64,000 nt of DNA, from the NCBI GenBank assembly GCA_038087875.1, contig CM075990.1, positions 13,146,001-13,210,000 on the forward strand, in the 5' to 3' direction. The notes beneath the pieces are model-generated. The model made no database searches. It was not told where the DNA came from and saw only the letters and a list, made by a program, of their open reading frames with translations. Source of the stretch: Malacoraja senta. Its lineage: Eukaryota. The translations under genes and the position numbers were made by a program. Below are positions 26,160 through 40,225 of this stretch, piece by piece; within the stretch, counting starts at the first letter, position 1; each line of letters opens with the position of its first letter.

Positions 26160-28269
26160 GGTGTGAAGGACCAGAGGTTAGACTACAGGAACAGTTTCAG
26201 CAAACAGACTGGAGTCTGTTTGCCACCCAGGCCACCTTTGACTCCCAAGTGGACATCGACTCATACACCTCAACCGTTTTGGACTATTTAAAATTCTGCA
26301 CTGACAACGTCACTACCCACAAAGAGATAAAGACCTTCCCTAACCAGAAGCCGTGGATGAGCAGGGAGGTCAGACTCCTGCTGAAGGCTCGCGATGCCGC
26401 TTTCAGATCTGGCGACGCTGAGGGATACAGCTCATCCAGGGCCAATCTGAAAAGGGGAATTAGGAATGCTAAACTCAATCACAAACGGCGGATCGAGGAG
26501 CATTTCCAAAACAACTCGGACCCTAGGCGCATGTGGCAAGGAATCAAATCCATTGCCGATTACCATAAAGTTAACACCCCCCCCCCCCAGATAACGCCTC
26601 CCTTCCTGACGAGCTAAACCACTTCTATGCTCGCTTTGACCGGGACAACAAAACTCCAGCCATCAAAGTTGCTCCACCCCCGAACGAACAACCCCTCAGT
26701 CTCTCCACCTCTGCTGTACAAGATGCACTGAGCAAGGTGAATGAGCACAAAGCTGCCGGCCCCGATGGCATCCCCGGGCGGGTGCTCAGGGCATGTGCTG
26801 GACAACTATCCCTGCTCTTCACTGACATTTTCAATCCGTCACTGGCCCAGGGTGTCGTCCCCACTTGCCTCAAGACATCAACCACTGTGCCAGTGCCCAA
26901 ACAATCAGCTACAGGGAGTCTTAACGACTTCCGCCCAGTGGCACTCACCCCTGTCATTGCAAAGTGCTTTGAGCGGCTGATCCTGGCTCACCTCAAAGCC
27001 AGCCTCCCCCCCACACTGGACCCCCATCAGTTTGCCTACCGGACCAACAGGTCTACAGAGGATGCCATATCGGCGGCCCTACACTCTGCCCTGACCCACC
27101 TGGACAGCAATAACACCTACATCAGGTTGCTGTTTATTGATTTCAGCTCCGCCTTTAATACTGTCATCCCCGCTAGCTTGATCACCAAACTCAGCGGACT
27201 TGGCATCTCCACCTCCCTCTGCAAGTGGACACTGGATTTCCTCACCAACAGACCACAGTCTGTTAGGGTCAACAACCTCACCTCCTCCACTATAACACTG
27301 AACACCGGCGTGCCACAGGGCTGTGTGCTCAGCCCTCTCCTCTACTCCCTCTTCACCCATGACTGCATCCCTAAGAATGGCTCCAACGCCATCATTAAAT
27401 TTGCCGACGACACCACAGTGGTAGGACTGATCAGTGACAACGAGTCAGCCTACAGGGAGGAGGTCCAGCACCTGGCAGCCTGGTGTGCCAACAATAACCT
27501 CGTCCTCAACTCCAAGACGACGAAGGAAATTATTGTTGACTTCAGGAAGAAGAGGGGGCAGACATACCCCCATCCATATAAACGGGACTGAGGTGGAGCA
27601 CGTCTCCAACTACAAATTCCTCGGGGTACACATCTCGGAGGATCTGTCCTGGTCCCTCAATACCTCCAAACTGATCAAGAAGGCGCAGCAGCGCCTTTAC
27701 TTCCTGAGGAGGCTCAAGAAAGCTCACCTGTCCCCCCAGATCCTGACCAACTTTTACCGCTGTACCATCGAAAGCATCCTGACCACCTGCATCACGGTAT
27801 GGTACAGCAGTTGCACGGTAGCTGACAGGAAGGCACTACAACGGGTGGTGAAGACCGCTCAGTACATCATCGGTGCCCCGCTCCCTGCAATGGATGCCCT
27901 CCACCGAAAACGGTGTCTGAGACGGGCCGGGAAGATCATCAAGGACCCCTCCCACCCTAACCATGGACTGTTTGCCCTCCTCCCATCAGGGAGGCGGTAC
28001 AGAAGCCTCAGGTCTCGTACAAGTAGGATGAGGAACAGCTTCTTCAACAACACTATCACATTGCTGAACTCGGAGTCCCGCCGATAGATTTCTCCATTCT
28101 CTCCGTCCACATTGTTTGCTTATTCTGTATTTTTATTCTGTATATTATTCTTATTCTGTATTTTTATATCTATATTGCAATATTACTTATAACAGACGCT
28201 AGACTGCATTTCGTTGTACCCATACTTGTATCTGTGCAATGACAATAAAATTGAATTGAATTGAATTGA
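26160..28269 (+). mobile_element. Rex1/Babar-type LINE, 5'-truncated; RT region with two frameshifts and (AATTG)n tail
   Basis: ORFs 26249-26617, 26737-27591 and 27434-28087 join into one RT ([39 protein letters not shown]). 3' AATAAA followed by (aattg)n. Confidence 0.93.
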
Positions 28270-28870
28270 GGACAGGCAATCCTGAGGTCTGGGTCAGTTA
28301 CCCAGATGTGCAAATCCAATTTATTTTTTGCAGTTGGGTATTTAAATTCACTTAATTAAACAAAAAGCCAGTTTCGCCAATGATAATGCTGTTGAATCTC
28401 CATAAAAACACTGTTGGTTCACTAATGTCATTTAATTGAAAACCTATCATTCTGGGGCCTTTTTTAAAACTCAAGACTGACAGTAATTTGGCTAACTGAC
28501 TTTAATTTTAGAGAAAGCCACTCTGGGACAATTTGAGGCTGACATTAAAAACTGACATTACCAAGTATGCTCGGAGACTGAAGATAATGAGGTAGAAAAC
28601 TAGAAGGAGATTTGGTCAATGGTAAAAAATTCCATTCAATTCTTTTATGCTGCAGACTAGAGTGAATTACTCCCCGACTACAATTTTTCACTTTTAGTAT
28701 CTGCTCATCAGGGATTTTTACAGAATAGTGCATGATAACAGCACAAGTCTCACTTTCTCCATCACCATCTCAAATTGCTTTCCTCCCAAAGGCAATGAGA
28801 TTATGTATTGATTACATTTTAAAATAAATCTCATTCTTTCTGTAGCTCTCCAATAATTGAACATACAAAC

Positions 28871-29031
28871 CTTTTCCACAATAAGCCTGCTGATGCTGAA
28901 ACAGCTGTTACTCCAGCAAATGTTACCATCATCAATCTGTGCCGGCGCTTATTTGCAGTTGCTGCTCTGTAGTATTGTCTGGAGAAGCTGCCAAGAACTG
29001 CCATTGCAGGCAGAATTCTGAAGTGAAACAT
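28871..29031 (-). CDS. MICU1: MICU1 first coding exon (mitochondrial targeting N-terminus), 161 coding nt
   Basis: ATG at 29031. Translates MFHFRILPAMAVLGSFSRQYYRAATANKRRHRLMMVTFAGVTAVSASAGLLWKR (human ...[25 protein letters not shown]). Donor AG|gtttgt. Candidate acceptors give exon starts at 29032 or 29045. Confidence 0.95.
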
Positions 29032-29554
29032 TCTGGAAGTAGAATCTGAAAAAAAGAAATAATATCGAACATTACCTTTACTGGCTGCTTTCAACTTTTA
29101 AGTCAATTTGATCAAGGTGGTCACATTCACCAAATCAGAAGCTTATGGATTCAATGCCTGTGAAAACATTTGGCGGCATAACAGAGACTGCAGTCATTGT
29201 AGGTATCATATTTTAAATGAAACATTTTCCAAAAAACATGGCATCTATTCATCAGTAAGATGATTATGTGAGTGATGAGGTCTGTCCAGTACCGTGCCTG
29301 ATATTTCCACTAATAGAAATGAATAAAAGGATCATTTGCCACATTTATTCTTCATAAAGCCTTGATGTGATCACACTGACTTCCATGCCTGTCTACAGAA
29401 AAACAGTGAATGAACTTGAAAATTAAATTGTATCCCTGGATCCACCTATCACTTGGCAGGTTTTGCCCTGTGCTCACCTCTTTTTTCAAGCTTTCTTCCC
29501 CCACTACAATCGGACTGAAGAAAGGTCCCAATCTGAACCATTGAATCACTTTCC

Positions 29555-29835
29555 TCTGGAAGGCTACCACAGAAGACTGTCAAAGCTGCCACAGCCAGAC
29601 ATAAAAACAGCTTTTTTCCACGAGTGGTAGCTCTACTCAATAACCAAAAATCTGTAGCTTCCTTTTGCTCTGGTATTTTATTTAATTCACATGTTTAATC
29701 GATAATATTTTATTATTAATGTTTTATGTATCATTCTTAACTGTCACTGTATGTCATGTTGTCACTTGCGAGCGGAGCACCAAGGCAAATTCCTTGTATG
29801 TGAATACTTGGCCAATAAACTTATTCATTCATTCA
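29555..29835 (+). mobile_element. Rex-like LINE 3' end with (ATTC)n tail
   Basis: Encodes a ...ARHKNSFFPRVVALLN-type C-terminus. AATAAA then attcattcattc. Confidence 0.65.
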
Positions 29836-29926
29836 TTGCCTGTCCATTCCCTCCTTAGATGCTGCCTGACCTGCTGAGTTTGTCCAGTACTTTGTATTTT
29901 GTTCAAAGACAAATTACTTGGCTGCA

Positions 29927-31132
29927 TAGATGATAGAGATAGATAGATAGAAACTTTATTTGCCACACGACCAGGGTTGGTGGTAATTGGGTTCGGTACA
30001 TGATGGTACACTGCTTTAGCACATTAACACTAATAACAACACAGATCATAATAATAAAGCACATCACAAATCACAAATCTCACCAACAATACATAGTGCA
30101 AAAGAACAGACAAAAACAATAGACAAGACACTGTATACATCAAAGTCAAAAAGTTATTGGAGGGAATTAAGTGTTCTTATTGCTGAGGGGAAGAAACTGT
30201 TTTTAAAACGGGTGGATTTTGTAGCAAGTGACCTAAGGCGCCTCCCTGAAGGGAGAGACTGGAAAAGGTGGTTTGCTGGATGGGAGGGGTCCGAGATGAT
30301 CTTTGTTGCCCGTTTTGAGGTACTTTGGAGGTAAATTGAGGGGAGGGGAGAGTTGATGATCCTAGAGGCCTTGGAGACAATGCGCTGTATTCTGTGTAGT
30401 GAATGACTGTCAGTGTTTCCGTACCAGACTGTGATTGAGGAAGTGATGATGCTTTCAATGATGGATTGATAGAAGCATACCAGGAGGTGTTTGTGGACTC
30501 TGAACTTCTTGAGCTGTCTGAGGAAGTATAGGCGTTGTTGTCCTTTCTTAATGATGTGGTCAGCATTGATGTGCCATTTTAGATTATTGCAGATATAGGT
30601 GCCCAGAAACTTAAATAAGTTCGTGGAGGTTATGGGATGGGAGTTGACATGGACCGGGGGTTTGAGGTTTTGTTTGCGTCTGAAATCTATGATGGTTTCT
30701 AAGGTTTTTGAGGTGTTAAGCTGGAGGTTGTTTTCTGCGCACCATTTGACTGCGCTGTCCACTGTTTGATGGTATTGTGATTCATTGTTGTCTGAGATGA
30801 GGCCAATTATTGTCGTGTCGTCTGCATATTTGAAAATTTTAACTGAGCTGCATTGGGATGCGAGGTTGTTGGTGTAAAGTGAGAAGAGTTGAGGTGACAG
30901 AACGCACCCTTGAGGGGCTCCTGTATTGAGAGTCAGAGGGCTGGAGAGTTTTTCACCCACCTTGACTCTTTGTTGTCTGTTTGTCAGAAAATGTAAAATC
31001 CAATGGCACATGGCTAGGTGAATGCCCATGTCCAACAGTTTATTGTAGAGTTTAATTGGGTGTATAGTATTAAAGGCCGAGCTAAAATCAATAAACAGGA
31101 TGCGTGCATAAGTGTTCGGTGATTCCAAATGA
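29927..31132 (-). mobile_element. Second Rex1/Babar-like LINE family, 5'-truncated, uninterrupted 324-codon RT ORF, (TATC)n tail
   Basis: ORF 30154-31128: [41 protein letters not shown] plus (ctat)n at the 3' end. Confidence 0.92.
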
Positions 31133-33784
31133 TTTCAAAAGCTTTGGGCAGATTTTGATTGTTATATTTCTTATTCTATGCAAAAATTGTCTATTTTTCT
31201 CGTTTATACAGAATAGTAGGATTAACTTAGTAAACTTGTAAAAACTTTTTTTTGTGCTATATCAGATATCCCAACAATTTACAGGGATGGAGTTTACATT
31301 ATACATTGCACAACCTTATTATGGTGGAGGATGATCACCTAGACTTCCCAAGAGCAAGAAAAGATCTCAGGTCGGAATTTCTTTGCTTTAGTTTGGGAAT
31401 CATGGATTTTGGAAAATGTCCGCCTACCTCAGAGGCAGCAGCTGATTGCAAATCTTTATTACCACCAAATACAAATGAGATGAACACCGATTAAGAAATT
31501 CAAGTATATACATGTAATGTTAAGGCTCATAGACTTCAGCTATCACATTCAAAGCATTATTTTACTGAGGCTCAAATTCATGTCAATTCCTCATGATCCA
31601 AAAATAAATCATTTGAAAATTAGTTTAAAGCTTTCACACTAATGATAATGAGTTAGCCTTTCAAATCTTGGCAACAATTTTGATTATTGGATAATTTAAG
31701 ATCATTAGTATAATTAAAAAGGCCTCTTAATGTAACAATCTAAATGAATTTCCATTATATATCCCTCCAGTGTAAACATTTTAACAGTGTTTCCCCACAA
31801 TTAAATTTGAACATTTTCTGTTAATCCATAAATCTTAACTGACTTTACAGTGGTTTTTTTTAATTACTTGTTCTTGTGCTTCTTCAAACGTTGTGTCTAT
31901 AGCTATGAACATGGGATAAATAATGGTTCAACTGACAAATCTGAGAATATTAGGCATATTTTTACCTCAGATAAAATTAATTGGGCAAAAACACTGATTG
32001 GGACGACAAGTCAACGAAAGCTAGCAGCATAGCAGCGCTGAAATTCTATTAATTAAATACTCATTTTTCTTTGGGGTATTCTGATCTTCCTTTGGACCGA
32101 CTACATTTGGAAAGATTAACCGAAGAGTATTTTCTGTACAGATAGAGGTATGAGCGCAAAATGTACCCATAAAAGGTATTAAATATTGCCAGTACATGCA
32201 ATTATTTTAAGACAATTCCTAATGTGCTTTTTGAAAAGCATAATGTATTTGAATCAAATTAATTCAGAAAATTCAATATTTTATTCTACATTCATATTCA
32301 ATCCTTCTAAAACTGCAGTAATTGATATCCTCAAAAGGATAAGCACAGCATATTGATATTCTACAATTTGGACAGAGTTGAATGTTGTGGCAATTTGCTT
32401 GGATATCCCAAACTCTGCAGCACAGATCTCTCAGAGCACAGAATCCAGCTTTGTTAATCTCTGTGGAGGACAAGATATTGTACACACAGATCAAACAGCA
32501 CAGCCATTGTGCAATGCTCCCTAGGGATGGAACCCTGGAAAGGTACAGCTCTAAGCTGTCTATTACTCGACAAAGTTACATGTAAAAGGCAACAACAAAG
32601 GAAGTCGAGAGAGAAAAGAACAAGTAAAAAGAATAAACTATGAGAAAGGAATGAATATAGTGAGCGACTCTTGGTCAAATTGGATACTAAATACAGTGCA
32701 AGTAATTTCCTGAGATTAAAACAAGAGAGTATTGCTAATATCTCCAACATTGGTTGCCCTGGTTACCAGGCAATTCCTACCCTATATAAATTTGCTTGAC
32801 TTCTATAATTATGCCTCATTTATCAGCATTCAACATCAAAAACCTGAAAATATGTTATACTGTTTTGAAAAGAAATATAAACTCAAGACTCTAATAGATT
32901 CAGAATTACTCAGCATGGTAGGCAATTCCACAAGGATATGTGTTTTTATACCAGAAGGATACTGTCACAACTGATTATATCCTCTAATTATGGTGCTGTA
33001 TATAACTAATTCAAAAGCATAACAAATATTCTTGAAAGTGAAAAATAATTCAGGTCGTCAATACCATCGTTTGCTAAATCTTAGTTGCATTAACATGGTT
33101 AAACTGAGTAAAGAAAAAATATGTTCTTAACTGTTGTTTATTCATTTGTGTTAATCCTCTTGTATGAACTATATTACTGTATAATACTATGGATACATTA
33201 TTTAAAACATAGACAAGTGTTTTGCAAAACTAATAATATTGGTTCAAAATTAAAACTATGAATAGTTTTTACAGCAGGATAACATATACAGAAAATGTGT
33301 TTTGAATTGTATAACAGCATGCCCTACACCGTATTGGAACTGTAATTAATATTATAGAATTCATAGTTCAGTATTTACCATAAAAAAGGAGAAGCTTAAT
33401 ATTAAAAAAACATGCCTAGAATAACATTTGTGCTATTTTGTTAAATACATGATCTTCAGATGATCTCTAATGACATGTCCATGACCAACCGCCCATTTAT
33501 TGTCATGTGTTCTTCGTGTCCACAAAGAACAATGTAGAACTGTGTTACAAATAGCATTTCTACAATGCAAAAGCATGCTTCCCATGTGCAAGCCACAGCT
33601 TGCAAAAGAATAATTAGGTGATTTTCCCCAACAAGTCTACAGTGTGTTACAAAAAATGAAAAAAATAGCTGCAAGGACAATGATTCTACTTCAGCAAACT
33701 GGTTTATGTGTTTGCTTAGGAATATTCATTCCTAAGTTACTCAACATTCGGTTTGTTCCACTCAGTTGCCATTCAACTGAGTAG

Positions 33785-34108
33785 CAGCACGGTGGCGCAG
33801 CGGTAGTTACTGATTCAACTGAGTAGCAGCACGATGGCGCAGCGGTAGAAACCCAGGTTCGATCCCGACTACGGGTGCTGGCTGTACATTGTTTGCACGT
33901 TCTCCCCGTGACTGTGCAAGCTTTCCATGGGTGCTCCAGATTTCTCCCACATTGCAAAAACATGCAGGTTTGTAGGTTAATTGGCTTCAGATAAAAGATT
34001 GCAAATTGTCCCTATTGTGTAGGATAGTGCTAGTTTACGGGAATAGCTGGTCAGCGCGGACTCGGTGGGGCGAAGAGCCTGTTTCCACGCTGTACCTCTA
34101 AAACTAAA
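33785..34108 (+). mobile_element. V-SINE (HE1-like) with a local duplication of its 5' end
   Basis: Same A/B boxes and core as the 9035 copy. attcaactgagtagcagcacg..ggcgcagcggtag occurs twice (about 33771 and 33813). Confidence 0.8.
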
Positions 34109-34881
34109 ATGTTCTTATACGCTTGAGTACATTATAATAATCAAGTATTGTGCGAACAAGAAAGAATCTTTGGTTCCTCTCATGATCTTTTATTGAGAGT
34201 TTGTTACATACCCACACTGTAGAGGGGTTACATTATTAGAAAACCATGCTTAGAGCAGCTTTCAGTAATGCAAACCCTTGCAAAAATTAACACGATTTGT
34301 TGCTTCTCCTACATTTTGTACTTTTTTTTTCCTCACATAAATTCTATTGGAGCAAATTTGTATTCAGCAACTCAAATTTACTGGTAGTCATTTGTGAACT
34401 CCAAGATTCAATTCCTATTAACTGAAGTGCCCTTATCACAGGGGGTGTGCTGTATTTTGAACTATCTCTGGATTCGTGGGTGACTGCTGTGAAGGTAAAT
34501 GATATTTTTATGTAATAAGACTCAATCAAACACTATGAGTTCAAAGTGCAGAAATGAAATGATGCAGTGTGAAATTACAGCAAAGATACAGCACATCACA
34601 GCTCACAACAGGTTTCCTGTAACCATTTTCCACACATTATCATCAGCACCAAATATCACCGTTCAGCACCACTGACCACTGCACATCTCCCACCACTATT
34701 GGGTGAGTGCACAGTGTAAGAAACATTTGCCTAACCTAGTCACCAACAGAAGAAAGTCAGATGTCAAAGAAATTATGAACTACCCACACGCTTTAGCCAA
34801 TTTCTCCGGCTGACCCATCTGCCAATGTATACTTTGATAGCCAACACAACTTTACCAATGTTGGTATCGTCTGCACACTTA

Positions 34882-35183
34882 AGGGCCTGTCCCACTTTCC
34901 CGAGTTACTCACGAATTCTCCCGAGTTTTCCCCTTGATTCAAACTCGGAGAATGTCCGTAGTGAGTCCGTAGGAGGCCGTAGATATATCGTAGCGGCTCG
35001 TTATGCCAGCCGTAGGTACTCGGGGTATCAGGTAAGTCGTGACGTTTTTTCCAGCATGACAAAAAAAATCCACGAGTAAAAAGATAGTCGGGAGGAGGAG
35101 TCCGTAGATCACAAAAATCTTGATTTTTGTTTTTTAAGGTCCTTTCAACTCGGCAGAGGACTCGGGAAAGTGGGACAGGCCCT
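34882..35183. mobile_element. PIF/Harbinger-type MITE with TTA TSD, nested in a CR1 RT fragment
   Basis: TTA|AGGGCCTGTCCCACTTTCCCGAG...CTCGGGAAAGTGGGACAGGCCCT|TTA. Flanks read as minus-strand CR1 RT (VTSGVLQGSVL on the right, CADDTNIG on the left). Confidence 0.88.
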
Positions 35184-36189
35184 TTACCAAGCATCCCATG
35201 TACTACTCTAAGTCGTTTATATTCTACACATCACACAAACAATAGAGGTTCCAGCACAGATCCCTGCAGAACACCACTGGTCACAGGCCATCAGCCAGAA
35301 GAAAGCCAGGTGTAAGTGACAAAAGGTAGTGAAAAGGAAACAAATGGCTGTAGGATAACAGAAGAAGGAGTGCAATGTAAAGCTTGGGGAAGGGATGAAG
35401 GAAGGAGACCGGGAGTTTATCAAAGGAGTTTATCAAAGGAGAGAGTGACACTAAGGTCTTAATGATAGGAAGAAAATAGGCAGTGGAGATGACAAAAAAA
35501 ATAAGCAACACAGAATAACTTTAATTATATTTGCAAAAGTCAAATAGTAAGTCCATCTTTCAAATCATAGACTACATTTTGCTGTCTAATAAACAAATGT
35601 ATGGATGGAACACAACTTTTAAATTAAACCCAATGAACCGTACAAGTTCATTAAATTGGACAACTCTAGATTTGGAACGTATGATTTTCATATACTGTAA
35701 CAATAGAAACCCATCATACAAGAATCAAAGGGAAATTCTACACTGAAATAATCTGTTATATTTAGTTCTCAATTACTAAGACAAGGATCCAGTTTTCTGA
35801 ATGAGATATGCAAAGCTACGAGTACATAATGCAGAAGATTTGTGACACAAGTTGTTTCACAGCATTAGAAATCAGCTCTTGCTTCTTCTGCTCCTATCAC
35901 TTTTACATTGATAGCTATTCACCCAAATTTAACCTTATAGATTACTTGAATCAACTGACATGTCCGCTGGTGCACTTAAACAAGACAAAAGTACTGGTTG
36001 GTCAACTGGCCAAGCCCAAAATCCTATACCAACAAACTAGTCTTTTTACCCAAATAAGCTCGGTTACTCCTGATTTAAAGAGTCATACAACACAAAAACA
36101 GGGCCTTCAAAATGCTGGAGTAACTCAGCAGGACAAGCAGCATCTCTGAAGGGAAAGAATGGGTGACGTTTTGAGTCGAGACCCTTCTC

Positions 36190-37270
36190 AGAACTTGCCC
36201 ATGCTAACCAAGATGCCCCGACTACATTGGTCCCATCTACTGCGTCTGGCTCATATCCCTTTAAACCTATCCATGTAGCTGTCCAAATGTCCTAAATATC
36301 ATTATACTTGCCTCAACTATCTCCTCTGGCAGCTTATTCCATATGTCCACAACCCTGTGTGAAAATGTTGCCCTTCAGGTTCCTATTGAATCTTTCCCCT
36401 CTCACCTTAAACTCACGTCCTCTGGTTCTTGATTCCTCTGCTCCCATGCAATCTAACCTTCCAGAGCAGCCTATCGTGCAAAACCTTATCAAATGCCAAA
36501 GTCCATATGGACAACGTTGCCCGTCAACCTTTTAGGTTACTTCTACAAAGTCTCAATCAATCAGATTCATAAGACACAATCCCCCAATAGAAAACCATGC
36601 TGCTTCTGTCTGTCCAAATGCATATACATCTTATCCCTCAGAATCCTCTCCAGTGACTTAACCCACAACAGATGTTAGTTACGTTCACTGGTCTACAGTT
36701 CCCAGGCTTTTCTTTGATCTAGCGGCGGACCAGACTTTGGAAATGGCACCAAATCTGGTGACTCAAAAAAAAAAAATCAAACAGTGTTTCGCACATATGG
36801 CAATAAAGCACTATTGAAATAGAGGCACACCATTAGCCAACCTACAGTATTCCGGCACCTCATCCCTGTCTAATGATGATTCATATATCTCAGCCAGGGC
36901 TGCTGCAATTTCTACTCCAGCTTCCCACTGTGTCCTGGGATATATCTGATCAGGCCCCAGAGAATTATCCATCTTCATACGCCTTAGGATGTCCACCACC
37001 TCTTTGTCCGTAATACGGACTGTCCTGAAGACATTGCCATTAACTGTCCCAAGTTCCCCAGGTTTTCTCCACGGTAAAAAAGAGGAGATGCACTCATTAA
37101 GGACCTCGTCCATCTCCAGAGGCTCCACACAGAAATGAACAGGAACCCTGTTCTCTCTTTCTAGTTAACCTCGTCCCCTTAATGTACATAAAATCTCTGG
37201 ATTTTCCTTAATATTATCAGCAACAGCTATCTCCACCTCTCGTTTTGCCCTCCTAATTATCTTTTTAAGT
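36190..37270 (-). mobile_element. Decayed CR1 fragments
   Basis: ORF 36811-37128 (EVLNE..GPDQIYPR..EVPE..ANGVPLF) and CR1 3' UTR-like sequence at about 36190-36440. Confidence 0.75.
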
Positions 37271-39251
37271 ATGCTCTTTTGTTTGTATGGCTGCATGGTA
37301 AGTCAAATTCCACTGTACCTTATTGGTGCATGTGGCAATGTGAACTTGAACTTCAGTTCCAGAAACTCCTCCAGGGATACAGCTGCCTATACCTGTCCCA
37401 TGCCTCCTTCGTTCATTCACCGAGACATCCATTTTCATTACAAAATTTCAAGCACATTGTAGAATAGATTGACTATATGCACAGTAAAAAGACAAGACTC
37501 ATACCTTTTGCACCACTTTGTTTTCCAATGGATCACAAATTCCTGGTTACTCTTGGAAAGAACTCACCAGCCTTCAGATGAAAATCTGCAGTACAAATGA
37601 GACAATTTTAACAAAAACTGTAGAACACTGTAAATGAACAAGTTAGTGAAGTAAAGTGACTGACGCCACCATTACAGGCAAAGTTAATCTCAGTGTTGAC
37701 AGAATAAAAACAATTTAAGGCCTTTGGCAGAGCAGAAGTGTTGATACGATTGAGCAAATGAAACTATGAATAGCTAGAAATGCTCGAAATGTCATGCCGG
37801 CGGTAGAGAAGCTAATAGAGAGGATTCTTCAGGATAGGATTCACTCCCACTTGGGTTAATTCGGGGCAGTCAGCATGGCATAGTGCGCTTTCCAGCTTGT
37901 GTTATAAACAACAAAGATGAATTTAAGTAATGTAAAGCTGAAAAGGTATTTTAAAGATAAATATAAACTTTTTCTATATTGTCAGCTGTTGGTAGATCGT
38001 TGATTGCTTAGTTTTATCCTTACAAAGTAATATTTAATTTGAGAAATAAGTCCATGTTCTTTCAGCCATTGGAACGTTTTCTAGAGCAGACAATTAGTTA
38101 CAGTTTTACAAATTGAAATTGAAACCCATTGGTATAAACGATCCCTGCTTGGTATGCGAAATGTGACTGGCATTAAATAATAGCAAGAAAATAAATTTTA
38201 ACTGCATCAATTTAAAGTTATGATAATAAAATCTAATTGGCAAAAACAATGCATCCAGGTCTGCTTTGAATCATTTTTATTCCATATTAAGGCACATTAA
38301 AATGATAATTTCACCCTTCAATTCCTCAACGGTGTCCTTCCATTACTAAATGACAACTCTAGGTTTTCAGGCATGGCAGGAAATCTTGTTCAGTTGCAAT
38401 ACAGTATTTTTGTAATATTTAAGATAGGTGAACAAGGATAGCTGTTGGCAGGTTTTAAGGGCATCTTAAAAGAGATCCTTAAGTGAAAGGGACAAGAGAA
38501 TGAAAGAGCAAAGAACATAAGAAAAAAGTGAGTTAAAAAAAAAAAAGAAAAGCAAGTTAAAAAGGAGAATGTGCAAAGACAGAGATCCTGCAAGTCAACT
38601 CAGACCTTTTCGAGCAAAGGTACTTTTTTTGCAAAGGATATTGACAATAGTCTCACCAACAGAGCAGTGGAATTATATTCTGGCTCCACGCACATGTTTG
38701 TGGAGGGCCTTTATCACCACCATACCTGAAAACCAGGATATTTTCCTGACTGACAACGAGATCTGTAGCCAATATACTCGCCTTCGCTTAATCCATACAC
38801 TGCACCCAGTTCTTGTAACATGCCCCATCTCCTCGAAATCATGTCCAACACCATCAGGTAATTGGACGATAGTAAATGGAACACAAGATCAGTGGACTCA
38901 GCTGCTTAAGAATACAGCTTCATTTTTGCTGCAGTTGACTTTAGCCCCTGAGGTGAGTTCGAACTGGTGGGAGGTTCATCAATGGACTGACCTTGAATAC
39001 GAACAGAAGATATAGAGAGGCTTTGCCTGAGTGTCTCCAGTGCCTGGAGACATTTACAGCAATGGGACATCCAGCGATTACTTAGGCACACCACTAGTCA
39101 CCGGCCTCCAGTCCGAACAACAATCTTCCACCATCATCCTTTGCTTTCTTCCTCCAGATCAATTCAGTATCTAGACAAAAAACTATCTCCGGATTCCATG
39201 CAATCTAACCTTCCAGAGCAACCTATCATGCAAAACCTTATCAAAGGCCTT

Positions 39252-40225
39252 TCTGAACCTTCTGGATTTGTAGTCGGCAGGGCAGTACTCTGCATATCGC
39301 CAACTTGGATGTGTTGTACATACTAACGTGCTGTTAGTGCCCCCTTAAAACTGTCTAGTGAAGGTGATTTGACTATATTGTTGTCTAGTTTATTCCATTC
39401 CCCTAAGGTTCTTACAAAGAATGAGTTCTTATAAATAGCTGTCCTTGTGAATGGGGTTTCTATTTGTATATCATTACTCTTTCTTGTTCTCCTTTCTGTT
39501 GAGTATGTTATGTATCTATCTGCAGTTATGCCCACCATCCCCTTTTGAATCTTGTACAACATGGCTAGTCTGTTCCTTGCCCTTCTTGTTTCCAGCATTT
39601 CCCACTCCAGGTCGGACAGCATCTGGGTGACACTGCTACCTCTATTGTAGTTCCCGATGCAAAAGCATGCTGCTTTCCTGTGTACCCCTTCTAGTTTGTT
39701 GATATGACCAGTTTTGTATGGGTCCCAGGCGCATGAAGCGTATCCCAGTAAAGGTCTAACCAATGTTGTATATGCTGTGGTTTTCCCTTCCTTTGGGCAG
39801 AACCAGAGGTTTCGTCTAAGGAATCCTAGTGTCCGGTTGGCTTTAGTGACCGTGTTGTCCACGTGTTCCCCCCCACGAAAGCTTGCTATCAAGATGAACT
39901 CCAAGGTATGGTTGTGAACTTGTACGATGAAGTATTTGTCCATAGAAGACGTAGTCTCGAGCAGGTGGTTTCTTCTTGTTTGAAATTACCATAATTGAGC
40001 ATTTGGTTGGGTTGAAGCTCATCTTCCATGTGTTTTGCCATAATTCCAAAGACTTAAGGTCTTCTTGTAAAGAGTTCATTTCCTCTACATCAGTGACAGG
40101 TGTGTATACAAGACAATCATCTGCAGAGAGTCTTGTTTTACAATTTATGTGTTCAGGTAGATTATTAATATACGTCAGGAACAACAGTGGCCCGAGGACC
40201 GTGCCTTGCGGTACTCCTAGCAGTA
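39252..40225 (-). mobile_element. CR1/L2-group LINE fragment distinct from the resident CR1, nested in an older CR1 piece
   Basis: ORFs 39843-40301 and 39323-39943: GVPQGTVLGP, ADD, KANRTLGFLRRN, WDPY, YKNSFF. One frameshift. Confidence 0.85.
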
